From Octopus bimaculoides (taxonomy: Eukaryota), in the NCBI RefSeq assembly GCF_001194135.2, contig NC_068994.1, forward strand, positions 23,109,625 through 23,173,624: DNA of 64,000 bases, written 5' to 3'. Shown here piece after piece: positions 26,990 to 40,310 of this stretch. The stretch's first letter is position 1. Each line of letters begins with the position of its first letter. The notes below the pieces were generated by a model. That model was not told the origin of the DNA and ran no database searches. It saw only the letters and a list, made by a program, of their open reading frames with translations. The translations under genes were made by a program, and so were the position numbers.

Positions 26990-28910
26990 TTTAAATTGGC
27001 CAATTCTATGGGATTGGCTTTTGGTGAAGGAGGGAGTTCGATACCACTGCCCTCTTTTGAGTTTCCTGCCTTGATATTGGTTCATCTGGGATCTTGGATA
27101 GCAAGAGGTCAAGCTGTTTCTTGAAAACATCTACTCCCACTCCATGGATATCCCTCAGACGTTTTGGCAAGCAGTTAAATAGCTGTGGGCCCTTGAATCC
27201 CAAGATATTGTATTACATGGTCCTCACCTTCAATGAAACAGCTGGGACTTTTGGAACAGTGCAGTGATGTCCCTTTCAAGGACTGGTATAACTCGCAATT
27301 CCAAAGTTTGGTGCCAGCCCCTCCAGGATCTTCCATACATATATCACTGCATACCACTCCTGTCTTTGCTCCAGGGAGTAGAGTTGTAGCTCTTTCAGTC
27401 TCTCCCAGTAGCTCAGCTGTTACATTGATGCAATCTTCCTAATGTAGTATCGCCCCAAGTTCTGCTATCAATCGTTGAATGTAAGGTGACCAGAGTTGAG
27501 AGCAGTAGTTTAGACAGCTGAGGACAAATGTCCTCCATAGGACCAGCATAGTTTCTTGGTCCCTTGTTCTGAAGGTTCTCAGAATCCATCTATCCATTTG
27601 CCTGCACACTGCCACCATTTTGGTGACATACATGTGAAACAAGGCATTGTTGCTTATATCAATCCCAAGATCACACACCGTATATGATTCTAGGTTTGAT
27701 GCTCCTTTTGGTCCAAAGTATCATTGCTGTGATTTCTGAGCGCTAACTAGCTGGTAGCAGAGGACTTGGAATTTGCCTGCATTAAATTGCACGTTGTTGT
27801 CCTCAGCCCATTTATATATGGCATCTAGGTATTTCTGTAGAAGATTAGCTTCAGAAGGTTCGTTGACTGCTCATACTACTTGTGGGCATAGCTAGTAAGT
27901 GTGGCTATCTGTGTAACTGATGATATATCTGAAAGAGCCACTGTGAACAGTAGTGGCCTCAATACAGTTCCCTGAGGCACTCCACTTTTTATTAATGCCT
28001 CCATGGAGAGGGCTCCATTGGCTGCTACAGCTTGGCTTCTGTCTTTTAAGAAGCCATACAAACACTCTCCAATTTTCCCAGTTATGCTGAGTCTCTGTAG
28101 TTTGTGACATATCCCATGATCAAAGGCCTTTGCAAAGTCGAGATATATCACATCTACATTTGAGCGATTCATTAATTGTTTTAACACTCAGTCATAGTGT
28201 TGCAAAAGCTGTGCAAGGTAGCTTTTGCCTGAGTGAAAACTATATTGGGTGTCAGGAAGCAAGTCATTATCTTCAAGGAATGCAATTAGTTTCTTCCTGA
28301 CAATGTGCTCCTTGACTTTGCTGACATAGAAAGTTAGAAAGACGGGTCTATAATTCTTAGCATCTGCTCTGCTACCTCCCTTTATGGATAGGGCATATAA
28401 TGCCTTCCTTTAATTTTTTGGGAAGTGTCCCTGTTGTGAGGAAGCTCTGGAAGAGAATCTGAAGTGGTCTGGCTAGAGCCCCTTTGCATTTCTTTAGGAG
28501 GATTGCTGGGAATCCATCAGGGCTGAGTTTGGGCTCATCTCATCAATGGCTGATATCACATCAGTTTCCTCTATGTTGATGTTGTCAATAATTGCCATTT
28601 TGTTGTGCAGATCTGTGGAGCCAAAGAACTCATGAGGCATAGCTACTTGCAAGTGTCCCAGTGGAATGGTGAAAGCACTCTTGTATTCCACATTCAGTCT
28701 TTCACTGATCCTCTGGGGGTTTGCAGTCAGTGAGCTGTTTTCTTCAAGCAGTGGCCCTCTTTTGTACTGTACTGAAGCAGATTGTTTTGCTTATCTATAG
28801 AAGGCTTTAGGGTTTGTATTAATATTTTTGACAGCCTTGGCCTCCTTTTTTGCCCTCTCCTTTTCATGGGATTGTTTGAGTTCATTTTCAATCTCGAGCA
28901 ATGTTCCTTT
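26990..28910 (-). mobile_element. CR1-clade LINE RT and C-terminus, decayed
   Basis: VDVIYLDFAKAFD, SGVPQGTVLRPLLF, DLGIDIS, LNYCSQLWSP, LFNCLPKRLR across several frames. Confidence 0.93.
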
Positions 28911-28960
28911 GAGGTAGGATCATTTGTTATCCTTTCGTGACCCAAGATAGACAGACAGAC

Positions 28961-29026
<66 letters not shown>

Positions 29027-29974
29027 ACACACAAGTGGCACAATATGCAGTGATTTATTGTCAAAAGACGTATACAATAGTAGAAAAAACCCCAGAAAAC
29101 CTGGTGGTCTTTGAGTAAGGGCCATTGTGATATTTATCACTCTCTTGTCATTCTTGCTTTCAGAAATACTGAACAGGTAAATTAGTTAAGTGGAAACCAA
29201 TTATAGCAAAACTATTGGTTACCAATAGTGATATACAATAAACAATGTTACATTCTGTGTTGAATGGTATTATACCATTCGATATCAGTTTCACTGCAGG
29301 GCAATATTTTGATGGTACTTCAGAACAATATGTCTAATTTAATTATCCTGAATGTATTATAGAAATATAGGTACTAGTAATATTTTAAACAGGGGAATGT
29401 TATCTGTACTTGCAATCTTGAATATTTTCATCATATCAGTAAATTTCTATAATATCTCCAGTATAAGTAACATTTGGGAAATAAGTTTCCCCTTCTATGA
29501 AAAAAAAAAAAAAAAAAAAATTTAGGTAGTAAAATACATTTTGTACTTTTCAAAATTATAGTCCAAGACATGTATTGAAGGTAATGGAAAATGACACACA
29601 CACACACACACACTTACTATATATTTGTAAGTGAGTATGTGTGAATAGGTGTAAATAGCAGTAGGTGTTGCAGGCTCTTTTCTCTACCAATGTTGAGAAA
29701 AGAATGATACTAAAGAACTCTCTTAACCTGGATACCTATCTAATCTGTAAATGTGAAATTTTCTCATCTTGCCCTCATGAATAGAGATACGCACTTGGAT
29801 ATTGGTGAACCACACCATGAATATAATCATTAGAGCCTCCACTACACTTTTCCTAACAGCCCTTTTCATGAATGCCAAGATTGATTTTTTTCTAAGCACT
29901 CATGTAAGAAACCAATTGGTAAAGTAGGCTGAAACGGATCTATAATACTGTGCTGTATAAACGTGTGTGTGCGT

Positions 29975-30023
<49 letters not shown>

Positions 30024-30374
30024 CATAGATATATATGTATATACATATAAAATATATTGGTATAATATGTTTAATATACACACAATACATGTATATATAT
30101 GTATATGTGTAATATATGTGTGTGTGTGTGTGTGTGGGTGTGTGTGTGTGTGTGTGTGTATGTGTGTATGTATTTGCCTCTTTTTGGTGAACCATTAAGT
30201 TATGGAGATATGAGCGGCACAACAGAAACATAATATAACCCTACTCACTGAAAAAGAGAGAAAGGCAACTGGTTATGACACAAGAGAGAGGAGTCAAGCT
30301 GTAAGTTAGGAGATTGTGAGCAGTGATTTGGCTACCATTGTTCTTCATTTCCTGATATATTTTACATATATATG

Positions 30375-30666
30375 GAAATCACTCAGGACATGTTGGACTT
30401 CATGAATGAAGACCATCATCACTGTTGATGAGACATGGGTCTCTGCTTGATGTGTTTGGTCATCTTGCATAAAGACAAAAATCTGATGAGTGTGCACTGC
30501 ACGCCTGTACTCTAGGAAAACAGCCAGAAATTCATGCAACCTACTGGCACAAAAATTCTCTCATATGTGCGGGAAGGGTGTTGTCACCTCCCATCCAAAA
30601 GATTTTGCCCATGTGGAATTAGTTTTGGTGGGAAAAATAAAGTTGGATACTTTTTGAATGTGCCAG
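30375..30666 (-). mobile_element. Rearranged mariner fragment, same family as 1953-3310
   Basis: 30439-30666 matches the 5' TIR and leader in reverse; 30375-30438 matches the TGDETW region in forward orientation. Confidence 0.8.
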
Positions 30667-32645
30667 TACTTTGGCTTATCATTAAAGATAAGAAACAGAT
30701 TTAGCAGAAACTGAGGTGAAAAACCAATTCCCTTAGTGAAATTCTTAAAAGGAATATCATGAATTTCAAATTTAACATTAAATATTATTGCACAGAAGTT
30801 TCTGCTAATGAGGTTTGGTATTTCTCATTTATGCTATCTATGTGTATTCTTATATAGAGAGCTATTTACATTCCAGATATACTCTTGAACATGTAGATAT
30901 AGAAATATGTATACAAATATCTGTTTGTTTTCCTGTCAAGAAATCAAATGTATGAACATATACTCCTTTATCAAATTATCTCTGTCTTTAAGAGTAAAAC
31001 ATGTCCCTACCTTCACAAGAAAACAAAGTAGTGTAAAATAGATACTTAGGTAAGAAATGGGACATAAAAAAATGTAGTTTTTATTCAAAATGTCTCCAAA
31101 TTCCTTCAAATACACTCTACTGCCTTAAAATAAGAAAGGCTGGAACAATTTTGGTCATATATCTATTAGATGAATGTAGACCCGTGGTTAAACAGCAATA
31201 ACATCATAGAATGACTGGGTATTGTATTTAATAAAATTACTGACATGGAAACTGAAGTATAGAACATATAGTTTTTTCCCATGTTTCTGAGACATCACCA
31301 AGTACTTAATCTGGTACTTATTTATCAATATTTCAAGTTTTCACTTAATTTTTGTCTAGCAAATTTCACAAGCTTTTGGTAGACTTGGGTTAATATAGGA
31401 ACTCTTTCCCAAAGTTCCTCATTGTAGGATAAAATCAGGGATTATGTGGTTGTGAAGGAAATTTCTTTACTATACAGCCATGCCTGTTCTCAAATATTTG
31501 TCTAATATTTACAATTATAAACTTTAACAACTTGTTCTTTCTTAACTTATCTTTAATATAATTGAAACGAAACATAAAAGAATGGCTAATCAATTACCAA
31601 ATGTTGACTCTCAAGAACATTCTGGCAGGATAGTTAAAACAGGAAAAGAGATTATAAGCATTAAAGTTTAAATAAGTAGTTTAAAGCCAGTGTTGAGCTT
31701 TAAGGCTTAGTAAAATACTTTGGTTACCAAAGGCAGCTTCTACTGCATTGATTCAATACCTGATTTTACTTCTTTTGATGGTATTTAGTAACAACTATAT
31801 TCTCCAGATGAACATGGGGATGTAAGCAGAAGTAGATAAGGGTTACCCAAAGATCAATAAGTCTAAAGTTAGTTGAGATTGGAATTCTTGTCTGCTAAGT
31901 TGAGAAGTTCAATGTTGCCTCATATAAATAACCACCATTATTTGTTGATGTTTTATATTCTGTTTCGATATCATCAGGATGACGGTGGCAATTTGGTAGA
32001 GTTATTAGACCATTTGAGTGCATGCCTTGCAACATTTATTCCAACTTTCTGCACACTAAGTCCAAATCCTACTGGGGTCAATTCTGCCTTTCATCCCTTT
32101 TGGATCGATAAAAAAATATCAATCCAAGATGATAGATTGGCAGAACTATTAGAGAGGATGGTGAAATAAGTATTGGATCTGGTTCTTTGTGCTCCATCAG
32201 GAATGCCTGTGATAATTCTGGTGCCAAACTTCATTGCCTGAAGTTAACAGCCTTGTCCTTAGATAAACATTGGTCATACTGAGAGGGGAGACTTGCATGC
32301 ATAAGTAACTATCAGTGTTCCTCAAATAATGTACCTCAGGCACATACAAGTGCAGATATATGATTAAGTCATATATATATACATGGCGAGGGCCCTGTAA
32401 AACTTGCACAAAATGGGTTCAAATGAGAAAAGTCTACCATTATGTATTGCTGTGAATATTGTCTAAAGTGGCACCAACCTGACTCAGTGATAGTAGAAAT
32501 ATACATCTTGCAATTTTTTTAGAATATTTTTTACAGGGGAAAAAAATTAAGGAAAAAAAAACAATTCCATTTACATTAATCTAACATCATTCTTATCCAA
32601 TTTTAGTTTTACTTAACACACCACATATTGACATATACTCAAATA

Positions 32646-32712
<67 letters not shown>

Positions 32713-33123
32713 ATGTTTGTGAATCAGTGAGTAACATGTTCCATCTCACACAGAGAAAGGTTTCATTTTCCAAAGAGTTCCAGCATTGGTTTTTGGTATG
32801 TGTATGAAGCTTGTAACAAAAAGTGAGTCAAGAGAAAATTGCCTAAAACTCTCAATCAATGGTTAAGAATCGATTTGTAAGCTTGGCAGACGCAATGATG
32901 CAGTGCCTTCTTGTTCAGTCATGCACAAACAGCAAGTGGTAATTGTATACTAGCGTCAATAAAACATTCTCAAAGTTGGCGGGATTCTTTGCTTTGAAAA
33001 GGGAATATTTTTTGTGAATGTTAAAGGAAATATTTTGAAACATTAATTCTATGTTCTCATTAATATAAATTCAAACATATTTCTGCGAAAAATATGCATT
33101 GCACATATGTATATGTGTGTATA

Positions 33124-33124
<1 letters not shown>

Positions 33125-33199
<75 letters not shown>

Positions 33200-33236
33200 G
33201 TCTGTCTGTCTGTCTGTCTATCTGTCTGTCTGTCTG

Positions 33237-33305
<69 letters not shown>

Positions 33306-33310
33306 AAATA
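33125..33310. repeat. Compound microsatellite (TCTA)n-(TCTG)n-(TCAA)n-(TAAA)n
   Basis: Directly visible. Confidence 0.97.
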
Positions 33311-33836
33311 AATACAAACATACAAGCATATATGCACTGACAGATATACATACATATATATATATTTATATATAAATACATATATACACACATATATACA
33401 CACTCACATATACTTATGTACACATATACATACATACATACATACATGTATACCTTCATACATATATACAGAAATACATATATGTATGCATCTTTACATA
33501 TATAAAGCATATATATATTTGCATGTATGCATTTATCTAAACATAACTATAAATTTATATAAGTATACATTTTTGTTTGTATGTAAGTATATATTTGTAT
33601 TTCTATGTGAGTACATGCGTGGACCTCCCCCCCCCACACACACTCATACACATGGATACGGGTGTGTGATTAAGAAGTTTGCTTCCCAACCACATTGCTG
33701 GTTTTGGGGTTCAATCCCACTGCATGGCATGTTGGCCAGGATGTTAGATGGAAGCTAAAAGAAGCTCATCACCATCTCTCACTGTCTCACTGTTCCTGTC
33801 TCTGTGTGTCTGTTTGTCTGTCTCTATATATACCAC

Positions 33837-33867
<31 letters not shown>

Positions 33868-33886
33868 GTCATCATCATCATCATCG

Positions 33887-33920
<34 letters not shown>

Positions 33921-34681
33921 TGTTTAATATCTGCCTTAGAAGCCTGCACCAGACTTCTGTAACTGTTTTGGCAGGATTTTTACAGCTGGATGCCCTTCCT
34001 AACACCAACAAGTCAGCAGAGTGGACTTAGTGCTTTATATGTGGCACAAGCACAGGTGAGGTCAGTTTTGGCAAGGTCTTTACTGCTGGATGCCCTCCTG
34101 AACACCAACCACTTTACAGTGTGGACTGGGTGCTTTTAAGTGGCACCTCCACTGATAGGGTCACCAAGTATTTGCAAGACAAAAAAAAAAACTTTCAAGG
34201 GGTGATCTTGTGACCTCTACTGTTACTCATTTATATTATATATATATAAATAGTGAATACTTTTCCATTCTTCCCAAGTGTTAAACTAATACATCTGCTT
34301 GTTGTTCCTCCACCTGTCTTTGTCTTTTGTTTTCTGTTAATTTAAACTATATATATATATATATACATATATAAATTATAATTTAGGGTATCTAAGAGAT
34401 ACCACCATGCATGAAATAGCAGTCAAAACCTCGACTCTAAAACTACATTAAATGTCCATACAGCACCAGNNNNNNNNNNNNNNNNNNNNNNNNNNNNNNN
34501 NNNNNNNNNNNNNNNNNNNNNNNNNNNNNNNNNNNNNNNNNNNNNNNNNNNNNNNNNNNNNNNNNNNNNNNNNNNNNNNNNNNNNNNNNNNNNNNNNNNN
34601 NNNNNNNNNNNNNNNNNNNNNNNNNNNNNNNNNNNNNNNNNNNNNNNNNNNNNNNNNNNNNNNNNNNNNNNNNNNNNNNNN

Positions 34682-34720
<39 letters not shown>

Positions 34721-34769
34721 ATATGCATTAATTTAACGCTTGGGAAAAATGGAAAAGTATTGACACCAG

Positions 34770-35040
34770 TACTTTTTGTTTTTTAAAGCCTGGTACTTAT
34801 TTTATCAGTTTCTTTTGCTGAATTTCTAAGTTAAGCACACCAGCACAGGTTGTCAAGACATACACACATACATATATATATACAACAGGCTTTTCCCAGT
34901 TTCTGTCTACCATATCCACTCACAAGGCTTTTGTTGGCTCAAAACCATACCAGAAGACACTTGCCCAAGGTGCCACGTAGTGGGACTGAACCCAGAACCA
35001 TGTGGTTGGGAAGCAAGCTGCTTACTACATAGCCATGTCT
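34770..35040 (-). mobile_element. SINE family A copy (reverse)
   Basis: cacaaggctt...cttgcccaaggtgccacgtagtgggactgaacccagaaccatgtggttgg. Confidence 0.82.
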
Positions 35041-35065
35041 ATGCTTACACACAAACACACACACA

Positions 35066-35113
<48 letters not shown>

Positions 35114-35499
35114 AATAAGCTCAGGCTCTTTGATGCAGACTCTTTGGCCATAGAAACTCCTGTATTGAGAATATATATCTCAATTCTCCTCTCTTCAAAG
35201 TCACCATCTTTGATAATGTCAATGCTTACAACTCATCATGGCTCTCACACATATCTTACACCAATGCTATCAGTGCAGAATCAGAATTCTTTCATATTGG
35301 TTTCAAATTTTGGTACAAGGCCACCAAGTTCAGCATCAATGTAAGAAGTACCGCAGGCTCAGTTTAGCTCTTCCACTACTTTTTCACAATCCACCACGCT
35401 GCAATCCCATAATTTCACTGTATGCCTGGTCGGGTGGCTGAACAGATGCTATGCCTTGCCAAAGTACAGCCTGTAACTAAGCAGGGCATAGTTGTCACT

Positions 35500-36310
35500 C
35501 CGTGATGTATTTTCAAAATACTTGCACACCCATCATTCCTCCCTAATTTTCTCTGACCTGCGTCATTCACATGCAACTTAGCCACCATATACCAAACCTG
35601 CATTAATTCTATAAACGGAAACCTTGAGAGCATCCTCCAGTGGGGCGATACCAACTTTGTCTTTTTCTAACTTCAAAATACTCAAGCACTATTCATATTG
35701 AGAAAAAACCCACCACACCACTCTCTTTCTAAACATGAGAGCACTCAACTAGAACTCCCACAGTCACTCCAAATGCTGGGCCTCACCATTACTGAGGATC
35801 TCTATTGTTGTAATCACATCCTTTGTACAGCTAGGACAGCATCCCAAAGACTATTTCTTCTGAGGATCAGAAGATATTTTTGTCCCCTATAGCTGCTGAC
35901 ACTCTATAAGGCTCAAGTGAGGCCCACAATGGTGTACTGTTCCCACATCTGGCATGGTGCTGCTACTATGCACACTGACATTCTGGATCACATTTAGAGA
36001 GTGGCAATCAGCTGATTGACTCTCCATCACTAAGAAACATACTATCTTCTGACCCACAAGTGTGTTGTCTCTTCTCTCATTTCTACTGCTACTATAATGG
36101 CCTCTGCTCCTCAGACTAGCTGATCTTGTACTGCCACTACTCAGGCACTGCTAATCCACTTGTCTCTTTACCTCTCATCACCCTTGTTGAGCCCAAACCC
36201 ACCACTTCCAACTCCATGAAAGACTATAACTTATCCTTCTTCCCCATAACCATGACCCATTGGAATCTCCTTCCCACCCATGTCTTTTGTGCAAATGTTG
36301 ACCTGCAACA
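35500..36310 (+). mobile_element. CR1/jockey LINE 3' part
   Basis: NLESILQWGDTN, LGLTITEDL...SQRLFLLR, LYKAQVRPTMVYCSHIW, WNLLP. Confidence 0.8.
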
Positions 36311-37494
36311 ATTTACTAGAACATTAATAGCATCCTTCTCAAGAGTCTCAGAGGATCTGCAAAGGTCATATCCTCAGCATCCATATACGTGTATGTATAT
36401 TTATATACAGTTGTCCCTTGGTTTCTACAGTAACACTTTAGCATGGTTTGGTTTGGGTTGAATTATTTTCTTCTGCTTTTATACTTTACCATTTCAATCT
36501 TCAATTTGCATTTACATTTTATTTCTTCAATAGTGATGTAGACCAGATTCTAAACAAACTTTCAAGTTAGAGTTATTTTTCATAATTTGCTGAATATTTT
36601 TGTTAAATAATTTTTGTTAAATATTTTTATTCAGTAAAATTGAATAACACTATTTCAAATGTCAAGAAAATAGATTTCTCTGGAAATGAAAATGAAGTAT
36701 TAATCAAGTTTAAACTGAGGAAGAAAGGGTTCAACAGAAATAGCAAAAGTGCATGCATGCCTTGGATACATAAGAATATATAAATTATGTTCTTATGCAT
36801 TAGGACATTTTTTACGTGTTTGTGCTATGTGAACCTATACATGCACCTGTTTCCCTTTCTCATTATTTATTTTTCAGTTTTTTTTTCTCACTCTGTATCT
36901 TTCTCTATTTCCACACTGTCTATATAATTTATGTATCAATATATATTTATGTATCAATACATTAAAATATTGTGTAAGTGTATATATATATATATATATT
37001 GATATTTTTCGTCAAATAGTTAAAAAGGTATGTTAATCTGATGAAGCATCATTACATATTTAAACGGATTTAATTATTCTTAAAAAACTTCGTTTTATTA
37101 ATGAAGCAGAAACAGTTGTAATTTATGAGATGTGTTATTTGTTTGTATAAAATATTTAAATTGAATTGAATTTAAAATTGTTCAATTTATTGTTTCGTTT
37201 TTCCATTTCTGATATATATATATATATATATATATATTTTTTTAAAGAGTTTGATTCGGCTCCATGTGACCTAAAGTTTCAAGGGCCTCTAAGAGAAACC
37301 TTTCTCTTTCAGACTTAGATTACTGAACCTATATATATATATATATAAATGGAGTTAAATGCAAGTGTTATTCAAATTCTTTTAGTTCCGACACATCTAT
37401 ATANNNNNNNNNNNNNNNNNNNNNNNNNNNNNNNNNNNNNNNTATATATATATACTATTATATATATATGTACATAGATAAATGTGTATACATA

Positions 37495-38337
37495 TGGGGT
37501 GTTTGTGCTAAATTTGATGTCCTTTTATGTCTCTTTTTTTTCAGGAACAGTTTGATGTATTTATAAATAGTCAATGGTGTTGGAAATCATAAAGATTAAA
37601 GTTGTAGTTGAGAAAAAGTTAGCTGACATTGAGGACTGGAAGCCATCTGAATATTGGAAAAGTGTTCCTTGCATCATGGTGATCTGTGCTAAATATCAAA
37701 ATGCAGACATCATAACTGCTGCTCATTGCTCTGTGAACATTATAAAAGCTGTAAGACATGACAAGAACAGCTGCAACAGAGATGACAAAGCTGTGATCAG
37801 CAGGAAAGGACACAGCAAGCATTCTGACTGTGTCAGTGAGCTGGAATTCATCCCCACATCTTTGAACAGGGCATTAGGCTCAATTCAGATGGTTATGTGA
37901 AGCTGTTGGAGACTGTGGTCAAACCCTGCCAAGATAGGGTTGCTGCTGGGAGGTTATATGTGTGGTAGTAGAAATCAGCTCCTTGCATACTTCTGGAAAG
38001 AGTCAGATGTGGTTGTCAGAGAATTTCTACAACTTCCCCAGCCCCAATTTCTGCCCTTCCAATTCCTTCGATTGTAATCCAATGGGGTTGAAAAAGATAC
38101 CAATCATTCTGCCTGCAACGCCAAGGTGAAGCTGGTGGCCAAAAACAAAAGAACACATATGCCAGATTTCAGAACCATCTTGGTGGAAGCTGAATGCAGC
38201 CACTCTGAGTAAAATGTTATCTCCCAGCCAAAACCTAATTGATATTTTTTGATTTTTAAAGAATACTTTTATTTTCAGATTGGACATTGTGTTATTTTTC
38301 CATTATGCAAATTTCCAAATTTAGCTCAAATACCCTG
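37495..38337 (+). mobile_element. Internally deleted maT-like mariner with both TIRs
   Basis: TA|tggggtgtttgtgctaaatttg ... caaatttagctcaaataccctg|TA. N-terminal AAHCSVNIIKAVRH..RKGHSKHSDC fused to the VKP..AAGR..W catalytic region. Confidence 0.82.
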
Positions 38338-38629
38338 TATATTGATTTTTCTTTCAATCTTTTATGCCCATTTTTACCATATTCGCATGGGCAGGGTGAA
38401 TACTTATTCTCAAGGCATTATTTTAAAGACAGGAACCTTTTCCCCTCTCATTAAGCATTACCAGTTTGTTAAGTAAGGGTTTTATAATTTTTTTTTATTA
38501 TACCACTTGTCTGAGAATAGTTTTGTTGATTGATATTATCAACAAAAATCTGTCTCCTTAGATCAACACTTTCATGTGATGATGCAGAATGTAATTATTC
38601 ATACAGACAAATTAACATGTATGTATGCA

Positions 38630-38815
38630 TGCATTATAACTGCTGCTCAATGCTCTGTGAACTCTGTAAAGGCTTTAAGATGTGACATGGACTGCTGCAA
38701 TGGAGACTACAATGCTGTGGCCAGCAGGAAGGGACACAACAGGCAATCTGACTGTAACCAGAAGCTGGAATTTATCCTTGCATCTTTGAACAGGGCCTTA
38801 AATTCAATTCAGATG
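38630..38815 (+). mobile_element. Second maT-like N-terminal fragment
   Basis: Aligns to 37712-37895 (AAQCSVNSVKALRC...RKGHNRQSDC). Confidence 0.75.
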
Positions 38816-38899
38816 GCCAAGTGTATGTGTGTATGTATGTATGCTTGCATACATACATACATACATACACACATACATACATACACACATGGTGATTGC

Positions 38900-39230
38900 C
38901 CCATCTTCACAGATGATTGCAATCTCTTTGAGCTTCCTTCTTGTCAATGGCATATCTGATATTCCATCTATGACCTCTATTTAGTCTCATTGCTGATCTG
39001 CATGGTTTGAAGCATAAGGGACAAAAAGTTATAACTTCCATTGGATTGATCACATCACTTTGTGAGCCATGATCTCTGTGAACCACCACATGCCTCTTCT
39101 GACCTGAAATTGATTTGCAAGCCCTTTCACACACTACACAATTTGAATCACCCATTCTCAGAGGAAAGGCATTGCGTACAGTTGATCTTTTTAGGGATTT
39201 CAGACATATTCAACCTTGGAAAGGAACACA
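38900..39230 (-). mobile_element. RTE-type LINE 3' end with two C2H2-like fingers
   Basis: CVVC-x12-HVVVH then CPLC-x12-(G)H. No splice context; resembles the RTE C-terminal finger at 60515. Confidence 0.6.
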
Positions 39231-39321
39231 TGGCATGCATGCTTGCATGCCATGTGCTCCATATATACATAAACACTTTACATTATATTACATACATATA
39301 GATATACAGATATGTGTGTGT

Positions 39322-39387
<66 letters not shown>

Positions 39388-39675
39388 TGAACTCTACCAT
39401 TGAAGATAATGCATGACTGTTCAACTTTTGTTGAACAACCTGCATCAATGATTTGTTTATATTGATCAAATGCACATGTTGTACATTAATTAGCTCAACT
39501 CCTTCGTCCCTGAACAGATGCATGGTGTACCACATGTCAGATGTTGAAGTGATTGCAAAGCAATGTGAGATGAAGTGTTTTGCTCAAGACCACAATGCGC
39601 CACTTGGTCTAGGAATTGAAACCAGGATCTAGCAATTGTGAGTGTAACACCCTATCCACTAGGCCATGTGTCTTC

Positions 39676-39711
<36 letters not shown>

Positions 39712-39853
39712 ATGCATATTATGAAGCCTGAAGCTACAATGGGAGACACTTGCCCAAGGTGCCACACAGCAAGGAAGAATTGAACACTATGTTTCTTCAA
39801 AGCAAATGTCATAGCTACAGAGCCATACTTGTATGTGTGTGTGTGTGTGTGTA

Positions 39854-39899
<46 letters not shown>

Positions 39900-40210
39900 C
39901 GCGTGCGTGTGTGCATGTATGTCAAAACTTGTTCCTTTGTAGTTATGATATATCAATGATAGGGATGGAAAACTATGACAGTATAAAATATCTAGAAGTA
40001 AACAGAGAAAAGAAAGAGGAAACCCATTGATACTTACTGTAAAAGGAACTTCAAAATTGTATAAAAAGAAATAGACAACAAAAATAAATAGGTTGCGAGA
40101 ATGCAATCTTTTAGGGAGCACCTATATTTGTAGAAAAATGCTATCCATTTGCAAAAATGTAGTAAGACTAAAGTGAATTATATACATTAAAAAATATTTT
40201 TTTCTTTTTC

Positions 40211-40310
<100 letters not shown>

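Noticed and set aside
37038-37130. CTGATGA...GAAAC hammerhead-like core
   Set aside because: Stem II lacks the G-C closing pair, and stems I and III reach only about 3 bp.
37574-38959. Paired ORFs as a duplicated small Cys-rich host gene
   Set aside because: Both are maT-like transposase N-terminal fragments; the first lies inside TIRs.
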